Source: Callorhinchus milii
Taxonomy: Eukaryota
Direction of reading: 5' to 3'
Length of the DNA: 64,000 nucleotides
NCBI RefSeq assembly: GCF_018977255.1
Contig: NW_024704759.1
Coordinates: 7,688,001 to 7,752,000 of the forward strand
Under the pieces are notes generated by a model that was not told the origin of the DNA, made no database searches, and saw nothing but the letters and a program-made list of their open reading frames with translations. Of this stretch, positions 46,625-59,100 are shown piece after piece (the stretch's first letter is position 1; every line of letters starts with the position of its first letter). The position numbers and the translations under genes were made by a program.

Positions 46625-49074
46625 AACATAACATAACATAACATAACATGTAGGAGCAGGAGTAGGCCATTCGGCCCCTCGAGCCTGCCCCGCCATTCAA
46701 TCATGGCTGATCTTCTAATCTAACTCCAGCTAATAACCTAATCATGCCTTATCCCCATATCCCTTAATCCCTTTTACAATAAGAAATCTATCTATCTCAG
46801 TCTTGAATATGTTCAAGGACTGAGCGTCAACTGCCCTTTGGGGTAGTGAGTTCCATACATTCACCACCCTTTGAGTGAAGAAGTTCTTTCTCAAATCAGT
46901 GTGAAAGGGCTGGCCTCTGATTTTAAGGTTGTGACCCCTGGTTTTAGTTTCTCCAACCAGGGGAAACAATCTCCCACTATCTACTCTATCATGCCTTTTG
47001 ATGATCTTATAGGTTTCTATAAGATCCCCTCTAATTCTTCTATATTCTAGAGAATATAGGCCCAAATTGGTCAGCCTATCCTCGTAACTCATTCCCTTCA
47101 TCCCTGGCAGTAACCTAGTAAATCTACGCTGCACCCCCTCCAAGGCAAGTACATCCTTCCTTAAGTAAGGAGACCAAAACTGCCCACAGTATTCCAGGTG
47201 TGGTCTCACCAGGGCCCTATACAGTTGCAGCAAGACTTCCCTACTCTTATACTCTAATCCTTTCATAATGAATGCTAACATACCGTTCGCCTTCCTAATT
47301 GCTGCTGCACCTGCAGACTAACTTTCTGTGATTGGTGTACAAGGACACCCAAGTCCCTCTGGATGCTAACACATTCCAATCTCTCCCGTTCTAAAAAATA
47401 ACCCACTCTACTGTTTTTGCTACCTAGGTGGATGACTTCACACTTCCCTACATTATACTTCATGTCCCACCTACCTGCCCAATCACCTAACCTATCTATG
47501 TCTCACTGCATTTTTTTAATGTCGTCCTCTGTGTTGACACTTCCTCCTAGTTTTGTGTCATCCGCGAATTTAGATATATTAGCTTTGATGTCCTCATCTA
47601 GATCGTTGATGTGGATGGTAAATAGCTGAGGCCCAAGGACTGATCCTTATGGCACTCCACTAGTCACATCCCGTTTATCCCTACTCTTTGTTTCCTACCC
47701 GTTAACCATTGCCCAATCCACGTTAATATGCTCTCCCCAATTCCATGGGCCCTTATCCTTTGGACTAACCTTTTATGCGGCACCTTATCGAATGCCTTCT
47801 GGAAGTCCAAATAGACCACATCCACTGATTCACCCTTATCTAGTTTACTGGAAATATCCTCAAAAAACTCTATGAGATTTGTCAAACATGACTTCCCTTT
47901 TGTAAAGCCATGTTGACTTGGCCTAATTATATTGTGCTCCCCTAAATACCGCACTACCACATCCTTAATCAATGATTCTAAAATGTTTCCTATCACTGAT
48001 GTGAGACTAACTGGCCTATAGTTCCCCATCTTTTCCTTTCCACCTTTTTTAAATAGTGGTGTGACATTTGTGATCTTCCAATCCATGGGGACTGTTCCAG
48101 AATCCAAGGAACGTTGGAAGATCAGACATAAGGCCTCCACTATCTCATAAGCTACCTCTTTTAAAACCCTGGAATGCAAGCCATCCGGACCATTGATTTG
48201 TCACTTTTTAGTGCTGACAGTTTCCCGAACACCAATTCTCTACTAATGAACATTTCCCTAAGTTGCTCCCTGTCCTTATCCCCTTGGTGCATCTCTATTG
48301 TTGGCAGACTTGTTGTGTCTTCTAGGGTGAAGACAGATGCAAAGTACCCATTTAGGGACTCTGCCATGTCCTTATCCCCCATTACAACTTCTCCCGTCTC
48401 TGACTGAAGTGGACCTACATTTACCCTCACTAGCCTATTCCTCTTAATATATTTGTAAAAACTTTTACAATCAGACTTAATGTTCCCAGCTAGCTTACCC
48501 TCATACTCCTTTTTCTCGCTCTTAATGAGTTTTTTAGTTTTATTTTGCTGGTTTCTAAAACTCTCCCAATCTTCAGATTTGCCGCTTTTCTTGGCAGTTT
48601 TATAAGCCTTTTCTTTTAATTTGATGCTTTCCCTAACTGCTCTAGTTAGCCACGGATGAATTGCTTTCCCTGTGATCCTCTTATTCCGCAAGGGAATATG
48701 CGACCGCTGAGAGTTTTGCACTACATCCTTAAATATTTGCCACTGTTGGTCTACATTTTTACCTTTTAATCTTATTCTCCGGTCTATTTTACCTAATTCT
48801 TTCCTCATACCTACAAAATTAGCCCTATTTAAATTCAGAATACTTGCCTCGGATTTAACTATAACCCTCTCTAACTTAATGCAGAATTCAATCATATTGT
48901 GATCACTTTGCCCAAGAGGATTCTTAATGCCTACACTGCCAACTAGCCCTGTTTCGTTACACAAAACAAGGTCTAGGATGGCCTGTCCCCTAGTTGGTTC
49001 CTTGGCATGCTGCTCTAGAAAGTTATCTCTCATGCACTCAATGAACTCTTCTTCTGACCTATTTTTGCCGATTT
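46625..49074 (-). mobile_element. CR1-clade LINE, 5'-truncated ORF2 (end of endonuclease, RT), frameshifted (copy B)
   Basis: ORFs with NYRPVSLTS, QHGFTKGKSCLTNL, YLDFQKAFDKVPH, LVRPHLEYC; 3' tail (TGTTA)n at 46625-46648. Confidence 0.95.
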
Positions 49075-50811
49075 CCTACTCTTGTACTCTAACCCTTTTG
49101 CAACGAATGCCAACATGGCATTAGCCTTTCTAGTTGCTTGATGTAACTGCAGACTAACTTTTTGTGACTGGTGTACAAGGATGCCCAAATCCCTCTGAAC
49201 ACTAACACTACCTAGTCTCTCCCCCTCTAGAAAATAATCTGCTTTTCCATTTTTACTACCTAGGTGAATAATTTCACCATTCCTCACATTATATTCCATC
49301 TGCCACCTTCTTGCTCACTCACCTAGCCTATCTATTTCCCTTTGTATTCTTTGTGTATCATCTTCACAGCTTACTCTAGCACCTATCTTCATATTGTCTG
49401 CGAATTTAGATATGTTAAGTTCTATTTCCTCATCTAAATCATTGATATAGACTGTAAATAATTGAGGCCCAAGCAATGATCCTTGTGGTACTCCACTAGT
49501 CACGTCCTGCCAATCTGAGAAGGACCCGTTTATCCCCACTCTCTGTTTTCTTCCTTTTAGCCACTCTCCAATCCATGCTAATATATTACCTTTAATTCCC
49601 TGGACTCTAATCTTATGCAACAGCCTTTTATGTGGCACCTTATCGAATGCCTTCTGGAAATCCAAATACACCACATCTACTGGTTCCCCCCTATCTAACC
49701 TGCTAGTAACATCCTCAAAAAGCTCTAAAAGATTTGTTAAACATGATTTCGCTTTCGTAAAGCAATGTTGACTCTGCCTAATCAGGTTATGATTTTCTGA
49801 GTTCCCCACAATTCCCTCTAATTAAGGATTCTAGAATTTTCCCTACCACTGATGTCAGACTAACTGGTCTATAGTTCTCCATTTTTCTCTCCCACCCTTC
49901 TTAAATAGTAGCATGACATTTGCGACCTTCCAATCAACGGGAACCATTCCAGAATCCAGGGAATTTTGGAAGATCAAAAACAAAGCATCCACTATCTCTG
50001 CAGCCACCGCTTTTAAAACCCTAGGATGCAGGCCATCAGGTCCAGGGGATTTATCGGTTTTTAATCCTATCAATTTCTCTAGTACTATTGCTTTACTGAT
50101 GTTCATTTCTTTAAGTTCCTCACTAACATTAGCCTCCAGGTTCCCCTCTATCTTTGGGAGGTTTTCAGTGTCCTCTAAAGTGAAGACAGAAGCAAAATAT
50201 TTGTTTAATGACTCTGCCATTTCTTTATTTCCCATTATAATTTCTCCTGTCTTTGCCTGCAATGGACACACATTCACTTTTGATAGTCTCTTCCTCTTTA
50301 TGTACTTGTAAAGCTCTTACAATCTGTCTTTATGTTTCTAACTAGTTCACCCTCATATTCCATTTTCCCTCTTGATTAGTTTCTTGGTTTTCCTTTGCTG
50401 TTCTCTAAAGCCCTCCCAATCCTTGGGTTTACTGCTCTTTTTGGCAGTATTATAGGCCTCTCCTTTTAGTTTTATGCTTTCCCTATCTTCTCTAATTGGC
50501 CAAGGTTGAACTACTTTTCCTGCGGTATTTTTTATTTTTCAAGGGAATATGTGATCGCTGGGAATTATGCATTATATCTTGAAACGTTTGCTATTGCTGG
50601 TCTATTGTTATATTTTTAAATCTAATTTCCCAGCCTATTTTAGCCAAATCTTCTCTCATACCTGCAAAGTTGGCTTTATTTAAATTTAAGACCCTTGCTT
50701 TGGATTCAACTATATCACTCTCTAACTTAATGTTAAATTCCATCATATTATGGTCACTCTGCCCTAGAGGAGCCTTAACGTCCAAATTGTTGATTAGCCC
50801 TATCTGGTTAC
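49075..50811 (-). mobile_element. CR1-clade LINE internal fragment, frameshifted (copy C)
   Basis: KSPGPDGLHPRVLK, YLDFQKAFDKVPH, SGVPQGSLLGPQLF, KFADN; breaks off at GLEYKSR. Confidence 0.93.
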
Positions 50812-53033
50812 TTGGATGAGATGTTAAACCAAGGTCCTTCTGACTGTTTAGATGGAAATTAAAGATCTCATGGAACTTTATGAAAAGAAGAAGACGTTTC
50901 TCCCAGAATTCTTGTCTAAATAAAATGCACTTCCCTTGCCTCCATTTTGCTTTGTGGCAACCTATGAATCTTTTCGTTCAATACTCTCCTGTCTGACTAT
51001 CTTCTTTTTATTGCCCGGGTACAATTGGCAATTGCGAGAGTTTTACTGAACTTTGAATGATTTTGCTATTATGATCTCCACTATGATTATTCAATGCTAA
51101 AGCGCTTGAGTAATTGCTATCATCTGCTGACATTATATCATGTGTGTGTTATTATTGGACCCATTATTGAAGAATGAATAAATAAATCTTTAGAACTGCT
51201 AGTGCTTCGCAAGTTCTGTCCCATCCATGGAGTATGTGTTTCCAAACCTTGCTTGTTCAATGCTAATGTGTGAATAATTACAGCTGCTTGCTCATATTAT
51301 TTCAGTTGTATGTTTTGTTTGGACTCATTGTTGAAGAAGAAATCAATGAATAGAACTAGTAGTTCTTAAGACTCACCCATATCTATCAATATAGTCCATT
51401 AATGTTTGTCATTTCCTATGTAACTGCTGAGAAGGACAAATGCCAGTGACATGCTTACTCCTGCCAGGCAGGCTGGTCAGTCATCAACAGTGTCCTCAAC
51501 TACTAGAGTCCATCAAACATTCAGCCATTATCCACAATGAAGAAAATATACACACCTGAATGATTGTAGCAGCCAGAGTGAGAAAAAATGGATATCCATC
51601 ATAATTAGCTTTCAAATTCCTTTCTCCAAATTATAAACTACAAATTCCGTCTGAGTCCAGATTTCCTCTTTCCATTTGAATGTTCAGAATTTGGTTAATT
51701 CTTAAAATTTATATTGATTCTTTCACACATAATACTCTTAAAAGATGCTATTAAATAGAGCTCGGGAACAAACACAAAAACACAAACACAACTTTGGGAC
51801 AATTGTTTTTTGGGTAATTGGGAGATCATATCAAGCTCTGGAGAGTTGGGAAATTTAACTTGAGAATTCTCTCCCCCACCTTCAATCTAATATCCACCAT
51901 TTTACTTCCCTGACTGTGTCAATGGACATCCAACTCTTTGTATGTCACTGTTTGCCCTCCACCCTCCCTGATCCCAACCCACCCCCCCACCACCCGACTC
52001 GGGTCCTAATCTCTGACCTGTAAACTGCTTTACAAATGTAATTTTGTATTGTATTGTTATGCTTTACTTTGCATTCTCTACTGGTGCATTTTTTTAATGG
52101 CAGTTTTTGAACTGATTTCTCCAAACACAATTGGGCAATTCAGGGAGCAGAGCATTTTGGGAACAGCTGATAGAATATGGGTTAAGATATGCCTTCCTCG
52201 CAATAGTTCTCTGATTAGGTTTTCTTTTCTAATTGGCAAACTGCGTTGAGGCTAATTCCTCAATTCTAATTCACAATGGGATTTACAGTTCAATTTAAAC
52301 AGTATTTTATCAGCAGAGAAAGGCTGGAATTTTGATTAAACTTTGCGTGGATTTTTTCTTTATTTATTTTAATGCAGGTGTGAATTTTGTTCTGGAAAGG
52401 ATGAGTTTATTAAGCTCATCAAATTGATGGAGGATCGTGCAGTGCAAAAAGTACAACTTGAGTGATTCAGGGAGTTGTCTCTGTGGCTACTCTCTGAGAA
52501 GATGGGTTCCACACATTCATTGCTGATTGAGGTCTTTGTCCAGTTTCTCTTTGTAGGAGTAGAATCAAAAGTTCCAAGTATGGCACATCACAGTTCTGCT
52601 AGTCTCATATGATTTTAATGATCTATAATCCTTACATTTATTATAGCGCCTTCAAGAGTGGTGACTGTGTATCCCGTGGGCAAATAGTCAGTGTTTGAAG
52701 CAAATAATGAGGTAAAATTATATTATTGGAAGATCTCATTGAACAGTAATGAGAATAGTGTTCATTTACATTATGATTTACATTTTAAGAGTTTATTTTG
52801 CTGTGGGGATGAAAGAACAACTTGTGCTCTGCAGATTGAGGAAAGCCGGTAATAGGAATATTTAGTCCCCTCATGTTTGGTTGCTCAATTTTGTCTTTGT
52901 CTACCTCAAAAAAGCAGTTTCATAGAATAACATACTGTGTTTATATTCCACATGAAACTTCACCCATCCTAATGTCCCAATCCCTAAAACAACTTATTTT
53001 GCATATTTTGCACCTACTCATTCACAAGTTTCT

Positions 53034-53063
53034 GGGCGTGACTTCCTGGATTTAAAGTATAAA
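53034..53063 (+). promoter_or_regulatory. Core promoter of the TGM2-like gene (GC/KLF box, ETS site, TATA box)
   Basis: GGGCGTG 53034-53040, ACTTCC 53041-53046, TATAAA 53058-53063, about 115 bp upstream of the ATG. Confidence 0.65.
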
Positions 53064-53176
53064 GTCTACAAACTGAATTTTGGAGGAGATACAGCCACAC
53101 ACGGTGAGAGTGTGTTTGTGAGAGGGAGAGAGTTATTGAATCCAAGCCGATAACGGAAATCGATCTCAGGGTGAAA

Positions 53177-53186
53177 ATGGCAAATG
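53177..53186 (+). CDS. TGM2: TGM2-like exon 1 (ATG GCA AAT G)
   Basis: Kozak-like aaaATGG, 10 coding nt then gtgagt, phase matches exon 2. Confidence 0.85.
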
Positions 53187-56100
53187 GTGAGTATAACCTT
53201 TTAACTACAGAAACAAAATAGTTAAATGGAAGGCGGTGTATTAATGTTATTTATTGACCTTCATAAGGGAGGGGGGAGAGAATGCATCAGTTCAATCAGT
53301 GAAGAGTCACATGAATGAAAGATAGAAGGGAATTTTGTTTAGCGCTTTTTTAAAAAAAAGTTTTGGCTGAATTAAATCAATTTGCAAACAATGAATTCAA
53401 TATTCTTGCCGTGCAGTTTATGTTTTAAATCTAAATGCATTGCTAAAAAAGAAAGTTATACCGCACCAAAGTTTAATTGCACACAAAGTTGAGAGTATGA
53501 ACTTAGTTTGAAAAGAAAATTAGCTTTGACATTGGGGAATAGACTATTTACAATGCGTTGAACATGTGTCTTGTTGATAACCGATTTGCTCCTTTTCTAG
53601 TTTTGAAATTGTCCAAAACTGATTTTCACTTTGAGCAAAATAATGTTCAGCACAAAACTAATAAGTTTGGCAAGGAGAGACTGATCATCAGACGAGGAAA
53701 GGAAATAAGCATTACCTTGCATTTTCATGGTCGGAATTATGACAAGGAAACTGACAAAATCACCTTCATTGTGAAGACAGGTAAGAACGCATCTACAGCG
53801 AAATGAAGGAACCGATTGCTTTGGCTAATGTTACTCATATGGTGATGATAAGTTTGTGTGTGTAAGTCGTGTGTTTCTCGTGGAGTAAAAGTCAGGTTTG
53901 TCCTGTGAAAGAGAGAGGTGGTAGGTGCAGAGGTAAAGGTGACGGTGAATGATGAGGGGGATTTCTGCCACCTGACTTGAGAGTCTGTGTTTGTTTTTTG
54001 AGTGAATGGAGATGACTCTTGTACCAGGGGTTTGGAAACAACCTTAGATTTCAGGGGAACCAGGGAATTGAAGGTTGTGGAGAGATGGTCATTCAGCAGC
54101 TTGATGGTTGCTTCAGGATCTCTGCGCGTGGAGGGCTAGAGGGAGAAGAGGTCAAAGGAAGAGAGGGCATTTGTGATGGACTCAGGGGAAATTTTTTCCA
54201 GGGGTGGAGAAAAATGGATTAGGGCTTGTAAGAGGGGAGGCGAATGTGGGAGAAGAGGGAGATGAGGAAGTGGTCCGAGATGACCTTGTCTGTGGTATTG
54301 ATGTTGTTAATTAATAGGGTAATGTCTGTTGTCCTATTTGTCCTGCTTGGGACTTGAAGTAATGAACGTGCTAAAAGTGTGCGTGAACAGTGGAGTCACA
54401 TTAGTGGAATCAGAATAACAACAACAAGATTCCATTTATAAAGCGCCTTTCACGTCAGGAGGACGTCCCAAGGCGCTGCACAGTTGGGTGATGACCCGAG
54501 CAGGGAGGAAATGGTCACGGTGAGGGGAGGGAAGGGAGGGAGCGAGGAGGTGGAAGAGAGTCGAGAGGGGAGCTGAAGGCTCGGTCAAAGAGAAAGGTTT
54601 TGAGACCGGCCTTGAAGGAGGAGAGGGAGGAAGCAAGGCGAAGGCACTGGGGGATAGAGTTCCAGAGCCTAGGGGCTGAGAGGCTGAAAGCCCGACCACC
54701 GATGGTAGGGCGATTGGGGCGGGGGACGTGGAGCAGACCGGAGCCGGAGGAACGGAGGGTACGGGCAGGTAGGAAGGGGGATAGTAGGTTGGAGAGGTAG
54801 GAGGGACCAAGGCCGTGAATGGCCTTGTAGGTGAGGATGAGGATCTTGAAATCAATCCTCTGGGGATGGGGAGCCAGTGGAGGCGAGCGAGGGTGGGAGT
54901 GATGTGGTCCCGAAGCCTGGTGCGGGACAGTACACGAGCTGCAGAGTTCTGAATGACCTGCAGCTTGTGGAGGGAGGTGGCGGGAAGGCCGGCGAGGAGA
55001 GAGTTCCCATAGTCCAGCCTTGAGGTGACAAAGGCATGAACCAGGGTTTCAGCAGCGTGAGGGGTGAGGTAATGCCGTAGTCTGGCAGGGTGAGGGATGT
55101 ATGTAATAGTTACAGGGTAAGGACAAAATTCCTATGATATCCATGAACCAGGTGTCAGTCTGGCTCAGTTGGTAGCAATCACCTCTGAATCATAACGTTA
55201 TAAGTTTAAGCCCTACTGATGTAGTCTAAACTGACTCACCAATACAGTAGTTGGGGTGTGACATGTGCTGTATTATTGGAGGCGCCATCCTGTGAAGTGC
55301 TTTGGGACATCCTCCTGATGAGAAAGGTGCAATATCAAATCTAAGGATTATTATTATCATTATTAACTGTGAAACTCAGCCTGAGGTTCGCTTCCCGGTG
55401 ACTCGAATAAATCAGCATACACAATATGTGAGTTGCACGAGATCTCCAGAATGTCACTGGTTATGTTTATTTCTGCTATATTGCCTTTCAGGTGTGACTG
55501 ATAAAGGACCAATGATCGAGTTTGAGCTGGCGGACCAGTTAAGGAAGAATGAATGGAGTGCTTCTGTTCACAAGAACAGTGGAAGTGAATTGTCCGTTAT
55601 AATCTTGCCACCTGCCAACTCCATTATTGGTCACTACAGCCTAAAATGCAAGATCTCGAGTGACGGGAAATCTGCAACTGCTGAGATGGGAAAGTTTGTC
55701 CTGCTCTTCAATCCATGGTGTAAAGGTACAGTTCCTACAAGTGAAACTCTTGCTATTAAAAAATATTAATCAAGTATAAGGGTCACAATTCTCTTGGCTG
55801 AGCAATGGGAGTTAGGGGCATTTTTTTGTTCTTGTTTCTGGATATCACAGACCTATTCTACCCACAACTCATTTTACTGAACACAACGTACATCAAGTGG
55901 TTGGCTGTTAAGTGTTGACAGACATGGTCGTGAAATGGTGCCACTGTGGACATGGCAATATAGCCAGTGTAGCACAGTTGCTGATTAAAGTGCATTATAT
56001 AAAATAAAATTAGTATTATTATTTATTATGATCTACTGGGCAGAGAGGAGCTGGATATGAGTTTTCTCCTTGAACTACTTTGAGTTGCAAAGTAGGAATG

Positions 56101-59100
56101 ACACTAAAATTTAAACTTCCCGTATTTCTCATATTGCCCTATGCATCTCTCCAACTCAAATGAATGGTCTCCATACAACTCCTTTTCAGATTTCTGGCAT
56201 CTGCAGTATTTTGCAGTAGTTCTGGGGCAAGTGATGGAAAGTGGGTTTAATAATCAAGGGCAATTTGGATAAAATAGTTAGCAATGACACAAACACTGAA
56301 TGGGCTGAACGACCTCTGTCAGTGTTGAAAATGTCAGCTTTTTGGATGTAAAGTTCACCATCCATAGTGAACTTTAAATGGTGCTTCGAATATGATTTTT
56401 CTTTATAACTGTGCAACAGGAAATTCATCACGGCTTTCAACCAGCACATGATAACGCCATGGCTTACAGAAGATTTGCACAGGGCAAAACCATTAGAAAC
56501 ATGATGAGTCGCATCAATTTTACACAGTACGCGTCTGTGTAATAAAGGCAGCTGAGATTCTAACATCTGCTTTGGGTTTGTTGTTTTCAATACCAGAGTA
56601 ATGCTGCAGTTACCATTTATCTTGGCACGAATAAAATAGTTTGATTTGTTTCAGATGATGACGTCTTCATGGACAACAAGCTAGACCTGAAAGAGTACGT
56701 TCAGAGTGATCAAGGATTGTTATATCAGGGGGCCAAGAAATTCATCAAAACTTCAGCTTGGCATTTTGGGCAGGTACTAGCAAGCTGTCTCAATTTTTTG
56801 TTAACATTGTTGAATGCAAAAGTATTTTGCATTCAACAAAATACAAATTGTTTGCAATAACAACTAACACAGATTGCTACATTAGCAGTTGAATTGTCAC
56901 TGGACTAACCCACAGTGCTAGCCCTTCTCGCTCTTGCTCTCCCACTCTGCTTCTCTCTCTCTACATCTATGTCTCTCTCTTTTCACTGCATAAAAGTAGT
57001 AAGTCAAATATAAAGCTTAATTTTGCTGCAGTGATTGTGCGCATGTGTGAAGCTGTGCGAGAGCACACTAGGTTACTAAGAGGCCGGAATAAACCAACCA
57101 GTGGGTAATCAGTATTCAGATAAACGTTGTTCTGCTGTGGTATTTTTGATGCCGTAGAGCGTGATGTTGGATCAAGTATGTGTTTTCTGAAATTGACTAC
57201 AAGAAACCAAGCTGACATTTACAAATTCAGAATGAGCATGTATTGTCACTGTGTTTTTTTCAACTCACTTTCAGTATGACAAAGATATTCTCGATATTTG
57301 TCTGGCCATACTGGATCAAAGCAACAATTTCCTGGCAAATCCAGCCAAGGACTATTCGAAAAGGAACAAACCGGTTTATGTCAGCAGGGTTGTGACAGCG
57401 ATGGTAAGTGCTGAAATCATATTGTTGCTATTGGTGTGAGCAACGTGATAATTTAGGATTGAAATTACGGTTATGTCAAATATTATGGTTTTCCAGGATA
57501 AATCCCCTATTTTATTTCCCATTCAATAACTCGTCTTGTCATCCACCCAGGAATACCTCTCCTTCCTCCCTGTCAAAATTTTCAATTCATCACGTTCTGA
57601 CTTCAAGCCAAGGTCTAAAGACATAAACTTTCAATCTTTAGAACTTTGTTCATTGCAACAACCATAATGAACATCGGCAGAGATCAGGATGTACTTGAGC
57701 ATTTTATCGTCATTAGTTGCTACATGTATTCAAATGACGTAACTTTGAATGCAAGTGATTTCAGAGCTGCCATTACCTCACAAGGCAGAGGAAGAAGAAA
57801 TGAAGGTGTGAAGACAGGTGTAAGTATGACTGACCACTCAAAACATTTGAGTGCTCCAGAAGAGAAGAACAAGAGGACACATGTTTAGGATTGTAAAGGG
57901 CAATTCCCAATGGAGCCCTGCAACCATATACTTCAGTCTTTGTTTGTTTCTTGTCTGTGTTACTGCCCTGCATTATAATGGTTCTTTCTTTTTTTAATGT
58001 ATGTGTAGATGAATTCTGAAGACGATAAAGGAATATTGCTCGGCAGATGGTCTTCGACCTACCCCGATGGCGTGAATCCTTTGCTATGGAATGGAAGTAC
58101 TTCAATCCTTCAGCAGTGGTATAAAAATGGTTTCCAAGCTGTTCGCTATGGCCAGTGTTGGGTATTTTCAGCAGTAGCCTGTACTGGTACGTAGGGAAAT
58201 AAGGGCACTTTTTGCACATTCAATTATCTTCTGTTTCCATGGTTTAGGTTTTAAAATTGTTGGTCACAGGTGGCCTGAATGAATAACATCAAATTTCACT
58301 TGTGTGGAATGCTATCTTGTACTTGTGATTTCTTCCAGTTTTCCGTTGTTTGGGGATTCCTAGTCGCCCCATTACAAACTTCAACTCTGCTCATGACACA
58401 AATGCAAATCTGGAAATCGACTGCATTGTGGATATGAAAGGAAAAAAANTTCCTGGTGCATCAAGAGACACGATATGGTAATTTTGCTTTCTTAGTGTAT
58501 GTAACTTTAATTTAGCAAGGAATTTACTAAGGAATTTGATAAAACGCCTTAACACACATCGTTTAGATGTGGCAAAGCACTTCAAGATTTATCGTAAAGT
58601 GTGTTGACTGTGTCTTTGAAGGCAAACCCAACAATGTCGCACTAACAGCCTTGAAGTGGATGACCAATTCTATCTTTTAATTTTCCTGCTTTATTGCATG
58701 TAACTTTCCTGCGCGAGTAAAGCACAAGTTACATTTCATTGTTAATAGGCCAACAATCCTGCTCAGAGAGGTTGCTTCAAACACTAATTTTGTACTTCAG
58801 CCAAGAAATTAAGAATTGTTCATTCCAACTGTTCTCTTTAATGTGGAAGGAATTTTCACTGCTGGACTGAATGTTGGATGAAACGATGTGATCTGAAACC
58901 AGAGTTTGATGGATGGCAAGTACTGGATGCAACTCCACAGGAGAAAAGTGAAGGTAAAGATGGATAGCTTGGGGGTATTTATGGGCACTCTGAATTGTGA
59001 GAGCTCTGTAATGTTATGCGCTTGGCGAAATATATTCACCTAGGAAAAATATTGGTGCCTTTGAGAACTGGAGCCAGAGGTTTTCCATAGTTTTTTATTA

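Noticed and set aside
58441-58452. Possible frameshift or pseudogenisation of the TGM gene at the A-run with N
   Set aside because: Counting the N as one base keeps the frame through SRDTIW; it is only an ambiguous base call.
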